Shown here: positions 11,001-19,899 of the stretch, piece after piece
Layout: every line of letters begins with the position of its first letter
Position numbering within the stretch: position 1 is the first letter of the stretch
DNA from: Octopus sinensis
Lineage: Eukaryota
Assembly: GCF_006345805.1 (NCBI RefSeq)
Contig: NW_021833063.1
Coordinates: 20,769-84,768 of the forward strand
DNA: 64,000 nucleotides
Direction of reading: 5' to 3'
Made by a program: the position numbers and the translations under genes
The notes under the pieces: model-generated
Told to the model about the DNA's origin: nothing
The model's database searches: none
What the model saw: the letters and a program-made list of their open reading frames with translations, nothing else

Positions 11001-11426
11001 TGTTGTCTTAGGTTTTAAGAACTCAGAAGAGTAAGTAAAAACCGAGTGCTCGTTCGCAAATCAGATTATTATTTTACTATAACCATCAACGTATCATACT
11101 TATTGTACATACATTGTTGATTGGCCTGTTACTGTGGTTGTTGCCCTGATATAACATCTATTATGGATATACTGTGTTAAAATCAATGAATATTAGAGCA
11201 AGGCAAAGATTCATCCGGTAGCGACCAACGAGAACACCAGATGTATTTCGACCATTTTGAGAATTTTTAATGGCACAAACTCGCAGCCAGGTACGAACAC
11301 GGACAAGAGATCGTCGTCTCTAATGTGGAAAAAATAAATAAGACATTCACTGATGTTGCGAGTAGTCGTTCGGTTGAATAGAAATTCATATATGCAATTA
11401 AATTAGAATAGTTATTTTTGTATCAC

Positions 11427-11597
11427 AGGCGCAGACATGTGTGTGTGTGTGTGGTTAAGAAACTAGCTTTGCGATCCCGTGGTTTCAGGTTCAGTTCCGC
11501 TTCGGGTAAGTCTTTTCTACTATAGTCTCGGGCCGACAAATGCGTTGTGAGCAAAACTGGTAGACGTAGAAAGTGTATAGAAACCTACCATGTGTAT

Positions 11598-11628
<31 letters not shown>

Positions 11629-11810
11629 CGCGCGTGTCTGTGTTACTTTACATCCAGTAACTTAGCGGTGTGGCAAAAGGGGCCGAGAAAAAAGGTAACG
11701 AAACTATAAAAAAAAAAGTGTACTGGAGTCAATTTGCTTCGACTGAAAACCCTTCAAGGCCGTGCTCCAGCATGGCCGTAGCCTAATTACTGAAACAAAT
11801 AAACAATGAA
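11427..11810 (+). mobile_element. SINE family A (diverged)
   Basis: Head, core and tail motifs recognisable. Confidence 0.8.
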
Positions 11811-12475
11811 ATAGAATCGATATACCCTAAAAATGTGTTTTTGTTGTTGAATCTATTTACTGGAGATTCTTCTCAACAGTTAACAGCGACAAATATACCC
11901 CAACCCTTATAGACCAAACTATATCAAAGTTAACGACGAATCTTCCGTTATTGTAGAAAACAATGTTACGAAGCGACAAAACAGAGTAACAACTAATATA
12001 CTCACACACACACAAGAAAAAAAAAAGCGATAAATTTTTAATGGACGCCATTTTGAATCGATCGCATTTATTATTATTATCCATGTCTCTTTTGAGTGTA
12101 GCAATCTTGTAACAGTCATCAAAGCCTTACATCATCAGTTCACTGAATCACGTTACCGTATTTAATAGAACATTATTTTTAGATTGATTGGCTGTATTTA
12201 CTTTTCTTCTCATGCTCAGCCAGTGGGCAGCGATGCGTGAACTGCGCAGACATTGAGAAATGACAACGTCGGTCTGTATGTTATCACAGCTTCTTAGTGC
12301 TAGTAATGGCCAGTGTTAACAGAGGTAGGGATGGTAGCGATGATATTAATGGTGTTGTTGTTGGTGTTGGTGGTAGTGATGATAACGATACTGGTGGTGT
12401 CTCAACATTGCTGTTTCACAGACTGAATCGTATAACATCGTAACGTACACCAAAGTTCAACGAAATTACCTCAGT

Positions 12476-12661
12476 TACCACTGCTGCTGCAGCTGCAGCT
12501 GCTACTACTACTGCTGCTGCAGCTACTACTACTACTGCCGCTACTACAACCACCACCAGAACCACCATGACCGCCATCACAACCACCATGACCACCACCA
12601 CCACCACAGCTGCTGCTGCTACTACTACAACTACTACTACTACCACTACTGTTGCTGCTAT

Positions 12662-12694
<33 letters not shown>

Positions 12695-12828
12695 CACTAC
12701 TACCGCCACTACTGCTGCTGCTGTTGCTACTACTACTACTACTACTACCGCCACTACTGCTGCTGCTGTTGCTACTACAACTACCACCACTACTACTACT
12801 ACTACCACTACTGTTGCTGCTGCTGCTA

Positions 12829-12871
<43 letters not shown>

Positions 12872-12908
12872 ACTACTACTACTACTACTACTACTACCAC
12901 TACTACTA

Positions 12909-12942
<34 letters not shown>

Positions 12943-12965
12943 CACTACTGTTGCTGCTGCTGCTG

Positions 12966-12996
<31 letters not shown>

Positions 12997-13055
12997 CACT
13001 ACTGTTGCTGCTGCTGCTGCTACTACTACTACTACCACTACTGTTGCTGCTGCTG

Positions 13056-13086
<31 letters not shown>
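12476..13086. repeat. compound trinucleotide repeat (CTA/CTG/CCA)n
   Basis: Direct reading; source of the poly-T/L/V/S ORFs in the track. Confidence 0.95.
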
Positions 13087-13483
13087 AAGAACCTTTACTA
13101 CTCTCGGCACAAGGCCCGAAATTTTTTTTGGGGAAGGGGCTAACTCTATTACATCTTGACACATGTCAAGAATGTGATTTTTATGAGGATACCATTCCTG
13201 ATGAAGGGGACATTGTCTGCATGGTTTGTAAGATTTTTATTAATTTTTCTACCTGGACATAAACTCTGGAAACGGTTGTAGAAAGTGGACCTCCTCGAAC
13301 TGTATTATATACCTTATATAACATTTATATATTTAAGAAAAAACATCGAATTTTATGGATCTTTTAATTGAAACTCTTAACCGCTCTTAATTTTAGTATT
13401 AAAAAATTTCTCTTTTTCTCACACTTCCTTCCATACGTATTCCATATGGGTTTTATTTACATGTATTTATATATATATATATA

Positions 13484-13665
13484 GTGACGTATATTTGCCA
13501 TTTGAATATGGCTAACCCCTAAGGGTGGATGCTACTGTAGTTTGTAGCCCCAGGAAGACACCTCCTCCAGCTGGCTATAGACACACTTTCTGTGCCCTAT
13601 CAGTATTTGTGAAGGGGAGTCATCCTTCCCGTCTTCAACTCGAGTTTTAAGGTATTGACCTATCA
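13484..13665. mobile_element. unclassified short element in (TA)n, distantly similar to the 5558/6165 arms
   Basis: Shares ggat..act..gttt(g)tagccc.aggaag..acacactt.ctgtg.cc.tat layout and a subterminal hairpin (gccat-ttgaat-atggc). Confidence 0.4.
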
Positions 13666-13681
13666 TATATATATATATATA

Positions 13682-13874
13682 TGGAGAGTTTACGAAAAAA
13701 TCAAAAGACGAAGACAGGTGGTGTACAAAACAAACAGATGTATTAGTATAACGCTCAGGAATAAAAAAAAGTCTTTTACGTTTCGAGCCTATGCTCTTCT
13801 ACAGGAAGGGACACAGAAAAAAACAAGGAGAGAAAAAAATGTGTGTAGTGGCTAACGATCTATAATGGCGACTA
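13682..13874 (-). mobile_element. Penelope-like element terminus (pLTR) in (TA)n
   Basis: Minus strand ctgtagaagagcataggctcgaaacgta, a typical PLE end; second copy 40888-41126. Confidence 0.75.
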
Positions 13875-13884
13875 TATATATATA

Positions 13885-14293
13885 TACTCTTTTACTCTTT
13901 TACTTGTTTCAGTCATTTGACTGCGGCCATGCTGGAGCACCGCCTTTAGTCGAGCAAATCGACCCCGGGACTTATTCTTTGTAAGCCCAGTACTTATTCT
14001 ATCGGTCTCTTTTTGCCGAACCGCTAAGCTGGGACGTAAACACACCAGCATCGGTTGTCAAGCAATGCTAGGGGGACAAACACAGACACACAAACACACA
14101 CACCCATATATATATATATACATATATACGACAGGCTTCTTTCAGTTTCCGTCTACCAAATCCACTCACAAGGCATTGGCCGGCCCGGGGCTATAGCAGA
14201 AGATACTTGCCCAAGATGCCACGCAGTGGGACTGAACCCGGAACCATGTGGTTGGTTAGCAAGCTACTTACCACACAGCCACTCCTGCGCCTA
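13885..14293 (-). mobile_element. SINE family A
   Basis: Full-length reverse-complement copy. Confidence 0.92.
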
Positions 14294-14563
14294 TATATAT
14301 ATATAACTGTATCAGTATGATTGCCTAATTTGAGTTTATATCTTAATTTATATATTGCATGCAGTTAATGGCGTGTGTTACCGCGTAATATGAAATATAC
14401 TTTTACCAAACGACTTGCATAAAATGGTTTAAAACGTCTTTGTTTCGGTGCGTCGTTGTCATCTTTCCTGGAATGCCAGCCTGGAGATCTCTTTTTATTT
14501 CACCTTTCGTTGTTTCAGGCATTGAACTGTGATTACGCTGGGTCCCCGCATTGAAGAGTTTAA

Positions 14564-15067
14564 CCCATTGCCGGCTATGAGTCCCATTTGGAGATCTGCT
14601 AAAAAAACAGTCTCACAGCCGGTTGTTCGTTGTATTTAAAGTAAATTGCTTATGTACATTGTATTAGCAGAGGAGTCTTTAACAATATTTAGTAATATAA
14701 GGTTTGTCATTATTAGCTCTGGCTAATTCTAGAGGACATCTTATGCCATAAGTCGCAATTTTTGAACTACAAAAATATTGACTGTTTCGAAAACGGTTTT
14801 TATTTTTTGCATTTCCCATCTATATCATTCATTGATATTTCATACACATTCGCATTTGATACTACAGCTTTGAAAAAAAGCTAAAATGTTTATTTTGAAT
14901 ATAAAAGGATAAATATGCTTTTTTTTCAGTAATCCCCATTTGGGACTTTTCGAAAAAATTATCGTAATTTCCAAAATGATTCACTTATGAAGAAAATTTA
15001 AATACTATAAGACAACTGGCAAAGCCAAAAAATATGAAAAAAAAAAAAAAAATTGATAGTTAAAGGG
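14564..15067. mobile_element. piggyBac-type MITE
   Basis: TTAA-CCC start (14560-14566) and GGG-TTAA end (15065-15071); weak TIR. Confidence 0.6.
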
Positions 15068-15235
15068 TTAAGTGGAAATAACTCGGCCTCAGTACTTATG
15101 ATGTTTTGTTTTAAAGTCTTGTATTTATTCTATCGATTTCTTGCCGAACTTCTAAGTTACGTCGATGTTATTAAAGGCTTGCGTTTGTTTACGGAGTGGT
15201 AACAAAAAGAAACACAGACACATACACACACACAT

Positions 15236-15605
15236 TCTCTTATTCTTTTACTTGTTTCAGTCATGTAGCTGCGGCCATGCTGGAGTAGCACTTCAAAGAG
15301 TCTTTTTTTTAGTCGAAGAAATCGATCAAGGGACTTATTCTTTGTTAGCTTAGTACTGATTCTATCGGGTCTCTTTTGCCGAAGCGCTAAGTTACGGGGA
15401 AGTAAACACACCAGCATCGGTTGCCAAGCGATGGTGGTGGTGGTGATGGTGAGGTGACAAACACAGATACGAAGTCACACACACACGCACACATATATAT
15501 CCGACTAGGCTTTGGTTGGCCCGAGGCTGTAGTAGCAGACATTTACCCAAGGTGTCACGCAGTTGGACCGAGCATAGAACCATGTGATTGAGAAGCCTGC
15601 GCTTA
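15236..15605 (-). mobile_element. SINE family A (head partly deleted)
   Basis: Reverse-complement copy, head-to-head with next. Confidence 0.85.
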
Positions 15606-15615
15606 TATATATATA

Positions 15616-16022
15616 TAGGCGCAGGAGTGGCTGTGTGGTAAGTAGCTTGCTTACTAACCACATGGTTCCGGGTTCAGTCCCACTGCGTGGCACCTTGGGC
15701 AAGTGTCTTTTACTATAGCCTCGGGCCGACCAATGCCTTGTGAGTGGATTTGGTAGACGGAAACTGAAAGAAGCCCGTCGCATATATGTATATGTATGTA
15801 TGTGTGTGTATATGTTTGTGCGTTTGCCCCTCCCCCATCGTTTGACAACCGATGCTGGTGTGTTTATGTACCCGTAGCGGTTCGGCAAAAGATATCCGAT
15901 ATAATAAGTACTAGGCTTACAAAGAATAAGTCCTGAGGTCGAGTTGCTCGACTGAAGGCGGTGCTCCAGCATGGTCACAGTCAAATGACTGAAACAAGTA
16001 AAAGTAAAAGAAAAAGAAAAAG
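15616..16022 (+). mobile_element. SINE family A
   Basis: Full-length copy. Confidence 0.92.
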
Positions 16023-16495
16023 AATATATATATATATACATATATATGTGTGTGTGTGTGTATATATACACACACACATAAGAATTTTGCTTAGCGTTAT
16101 ATTAACTATATAGTTTTCGTCTACCAAATTCACTCACAAGACACAGTAGAAAACAACATGTCCAAGGTGCCGTGCAGCGAGATTGAACACAGCTATTCCC
16201 CACACTTATAAACAGAAATCTTTAAATCTGTAGAATTTGTCTATTTTCAAAATTCGTAAACTTTTCCAATCGATCTGTGAGGCAGAGTAAAGTGCAATAT
16301 CATGGCGCCTGAGAAGGCAAGTTTATTGGTATTAGAAACTAATTGGACGGAAAATTTACTTATTTATTTTATAAGGGAAATAATACTCGTGTTTTGAGCA
16401 ACATACAAACTTATTTAGATAACCAAATGAAGAAACTGGACTACAACATCGGCCAATTGACGCCGAAATAATAATTCAGAAACATGTCCAGTGAT

Positions 16496-16554
<59 letters not shown>

Positions 16555-16568
16555 ATAATAATAATAAT

Positions 16569-16780
16569 GTCTTAACTGGTACATCACAAGTATTGAGAAG
16601 AGCATTGTCGATGTGAGAACTATTACTACCCATGTATTTTAATTTAACTTAAAAAAAAAGATGAACGAACTATTGAGTTTAGTTTAATGGCCTACCAATG
16701 TATACTATGAGTTTCTTTGCCCTAGGAGTCGGGAAGACACTCGGCAAGAAATGGAAGCAAATTTGAAAGAAGAAAAAAAA
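16569..16780 (+). mobile_element. R4/Dong-type (RLE) LINE extreme 3' end in (TAA)n
   Basis: VLTGTSQVLRRALSM* plus 3' UTR similar to 18071-18290; (TAA)n on both sides. Confidence 0.7.
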
Positions 16781-16784
16781 TATA

Positions 16785-16820
<36 letters not shown>

Positions 16821-16937
16821 TAATAATAATAATAATAATGATAATATTAATAATAATGATAATAATAATAATAATGATAATAATAATAATGATAATAATA
16901 ATAATAATAATAATGATAATAATAATAATAATAATAC

Positions 16938-17090
16938 TATTTTTTTAGACATTCACTAGCACAATACTAAATACAAAACCAAATATATGGCACACTAGGC
17001 ATAACAACATCCCGAACTTCCAATCTGTTGTCTCTTGAAGTCTCTGGATGAGACTTGTACAAATATAAAGCAAAAGTCAAACATAGAATG
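16938..17090 (+). mobile_element. TAA-flanked retroelement 3' tail, type b, copy 1
   Basis: Near-duplicate of 17172-17332; bounded by (TAA)n. Confidence 0.6.
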
Positions 17091-17135
<45 letters not shown>

Positions 17136-17171
17136 TAATAATAATAATGATAATAATAATAATAATAATAA

Positions 17172-17330
17172 TGTTTTTTTTTAGACATTCACTAGTACAA
17201 CACTAAATACAAAAGCAAATATATGGCACACTAGGCATAACATCACGAACTTCCAGCCTGTTGTCTCTTGAGGTCTCTGGGTGAGACTTGGAGCCAACTT
17301 GTACAAATGTAAAGCAAATGTCAAACATAA

Positions 17331-17332
<2 letters not shown>
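17172..17332 (+). mobile_element. TAA-flanked retroelement 3' tail, type b, copy 2
   Basis: ttttagacattcactag..gaggtctctgggtgagacttgg..gtcaaacata then (TAA)n. Confidence 0.6.
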
Positions 17333-17384
<52 letters not shown>

Positions 17385-17385
<1 letters not shown>

Positions 17386-17939
17386 GCCCTGATGCAGTAC
17401 CAGGCAGTGGCTCTCATGGCTTCTGATCTTAACTGATTGGAAGTGTTATCATGTACATTGTTTTGTCTTGGTATAAAAGATGGGCTACAGCAAATATTCT
17501 GCTCAATACCACAGATTTGCTTGTCAGTTGTTTGACCTTAACCAGTTGAGCATGTCCCTTAGTGGCTGACGATATGTGCATCTCTGATCACGAGCAGAAG
17601 TAGTGGGGGAGCATCATGGCCATGTGTTGAGAGGGATTCTTTGGAGTTTGAATGGTTCACCTCTGGAAAACATAGGTGTTTCGTTCAACATCCTAAAGCA
17701 ACCCTTATTCAGGGACCGTTTGAGCAGGATGGCTACTCAACCTGAAGAAAATTCTAACTGGGCCCCACCTGCAAGGTCATGTGCTGTTTATCTTGATATG
17801 AGATCACCATGTCGCGCACATATGGTTGTGATGCATGTGCCTGGTGTACCTTTATCAGACGGGTAGTCATGATGGGTATATTGGGCTTCGTATATTTTAC
17901 CCCAGTGTCACTTTGATGGCATGAACTGCTCTCTCACAT
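17385..17939. mobile_element. unclassified ~555-bp non-coding element flanked by (TAA)n
   Basis: Sharp GC-richer block with (TAA)n on both sides; no recognisable ORF, tRNA head or TIR. Confidence 0.55.
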
Positions 17940-17959
17940 AATAATAATAATAATAATAG

Positions 17960-18290
17960 GTGACTACAGTACCAATTATTGTAAGATCTCTAGGAATGAT
18001 AAAAAAAGGTACTGAAACCTATTTGAAAATGATTCTAGGCTTACCATCCCTACAGGAAGTGCAAAAAATCGTATTAACTGGAACGGCTCATGTACTGAGA
18101 AGAGCATTATCGCTGTGAAAACAACATCCATCTATGAATTTATTTATTTATTAATTTTTAAATACATATTTTATCTGTTAATTTGCGCGTGTAATCTGGG
18201 AATACATACAATGAGCTTCTCTGCCCAAGGTGCATGGAAAACACTCGGCGAGAAACGGAAGAAAATTTGAAGAAAGAAGGAAAAACATAA
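17960..18290 (+). mobile_element. R4/Dong-type (RLE) LINE 3' end
   Basis: 17960-18118 reads VTTVPIIVRSLGMIKKGTETYLKMILGLPSLQEVQKIVLTGTAHVLRRALSL*, the typical R4-clade C-terminus; TAA flanks. Confidence 0.75.
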
Positions 18291-18324
18291 TAATGATAAT
18301 AATATAAAAAAATAAATGCTCCTT

Positions 18325-18593
18325 TTTAAAGCCTAGTCAGGCTCATGGGGCCGGTTTCCCGGTTTCTATGGCGTGTGTGTTCCTCAGCCGGACGGGATGC
18401 CAGTCCGTCGCAGCGTTACTCCTTTTTGCCAGCTTAGTGCACTGGAGCAACGTGAAATGAAGTGCTTATAGAACGTCATGATGGAACATTTACGGACCGT
18501 ATTGCACGGCTGGCAGAGGACTATGAGCAACCGACGGCACTCTAAATACGATCAGGATGCTGACACCCTAACCACTAAGCCACGCGCCTCCAC
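18325..18593 (-). mobile_element. SINE (B-related) with B-box region replaced by a LINE fragment
   Basis: Head gtggaggcgcgtggcttagtggttagggtgtcagcatcctgatc; 18466-18549 matches LINE 20320-20405. Confidence 0.75.
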
Positions 18594-18595
18594 AA

Positions 18596-18665
<70 letters not shown>

Positions 18666-18666
18666 A

Positions 18667-18830
18667 ACATCGAAAAATACCTTAGGAATGAGAACCCAGG
18701 TTCCAAATTTCCCCGAGATACCTGATGAAGGCTGGAGGGCATATCAGCCAAAACGTTGTGTTAACAACAAACAAGATGAGGACACATATCCGTCGAATGT
18801 AAATAATGTAAATAATGTCCCGAATTGTTG
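18667..18830 (+). mobile_element. Penelope-like terminus with hammerhead-like motif
   Basis: cctgatgaaggctggagggcatatcagccaaaacgttgtgtt. Confidence 0.7.
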
Positions 18831-18867
18831 TAGACCGCCGCTACCGCCACCACCACCACCAACACTG

Positions 18868-18931
<64 letters not shown>

Positions 18932-19036
18932 ATTCTCTCTTGGCCACAAGGGCAGCAAAGAGTATTCCGGGCAATACAAAGACAAAGAACGTTGAGGATT
19001 TACATAAACACGTGTGAGCAAATAATAATAATAATA

Positions 19037-19236
19037 ATAATGATAATCCTTTCTCCGAAGGCACAATGCCTGAAATTTGGGGTAGGGGGCTAGTAGATTA
19101 CATCGACTCCAGTGCGTAACTGGTACTTGTTTCATGGGACCCGAAAGTCTGAATTTGACCTCAGAACGTGAAGACGGACGAAAGGCTGCTAAGCATTTCA
19201 CCCGGCGCACTAACGGTTCTGCCGGCTCGCAGCCTT
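19037..19236 (-). mobile_element. SINE family C (internally deleted) with (TTA)n tail
   Basis: Head aaggctgcgagccggcagaaccgttag; tail ttgtgccttcggagaaaggattatc. Confidence 0.75.
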
Positions 19237-19251
19237 AATAATCATAATAAT

Positions 19252-19650
19252 AATCCTTTCTAATATAGGCACAAGGTCTGAAATTTGGGGGAGTGGACTA
19301 GTCGATTAGATCGACCCCCAGTGTTTCACTGGTACTTAATTTATCGGTCCCGAAAGGATGAAAGGCAAAGTCGACGTCGGAGGTATTTGAACTCGGGACG
19401 TAGCGACAGACGAAATGCCTATTTCTTTACTACCCACAAGGGTCTAAACACAGAGAGGACAAACAAGGACAGACAAACGGATTATGTCGATTACATCGGC
19501 CCCAGTGCGTAACTGGTACTTAATTTATCGACCCTGAAAGTATGAAAGGTAAAGTCTACCTCGGCGGAATTTGAACTCAGAACGTAACGGCAGACGAAAT
19601 ACGGCTAAGCATTTCACCCGCCGTGCTAACGTTTCTGCCAGCTCGCCGGC
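19252..19650 (-). mobile_element. SINE family C dimer with tail; 3' part of the U6 chimera
   Basis: Head gccggcgagctggcagaaacg directly follows the oligo-A of the U6 copy. Confidence 0.9.
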
Positions 19651-19662
19651 TTTTTTTTTTTG

Positions 19663-19753
19663 ATGGAACGCTTCACGAATTTGCGTGTCATCCTTGCGCA
19701 GGGGCCATACTAATCTTCTCCGTATCGTTCCAATTTTAGAATATGTACCGCCG
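19663..19753 (-). pseudogene. RNU6 (pseudogene): U6 snRNA processed pseudogene (5'-truncated, A11 tail)
   Basis: Minus strand cggcggtacatattctaaaattggaacgatacggagaagattagtatggcccctgcgcaaggatgacacgcaaattcgtgaagcgttccat+c+A11 matches metazoan U6. ACAGAGA box changed to ACGGAGA and the catalytic AGC to AGT; the 5' stem and T-terminator are absent. Confidence 0.93.
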
Positions 19754-19899
19754 TTAATCATTTCGCCCGGCGTTCTAACGTGTCTGCCAGATCACCGCCT
19801 TTACAATCATAATAATGATTACAAGTAACTCGAAAATTCTAACAAAAAACAAACAAAAAAAAAACATTCCCAATAGGACGAATAAACGCCACCCAGGGT

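Noticed and set aside
12222-12275. Faint resemblance to 5.8S rRNA (gtgaactgcgcagacattga)
   Set aside because: About 20 nt with several mismatches and no flanking similarity.
12416-13262. Long ORFs (248, 231, 163 aa) in the ORF track
   Set aside because: Poly-S/V/T/L/Y products of a trinucleotide repeat; stop-free by composition.
13150-13262. CQEC..CMVC zinc-ribbon-like peptide
   Set aside because: About 30 codons after a SINE tail remnant, with no splice signals or recognisable family; the junction is a small local palindrome (tcttgaca-ca-tgtcaaga).
19663-19753. Functional U6 snRNA gene
   Set aside because: 5' stem missing, ACAGAGA and AGC mutated, oligo-A instead of T-terminator, embedded in SINE sequence.
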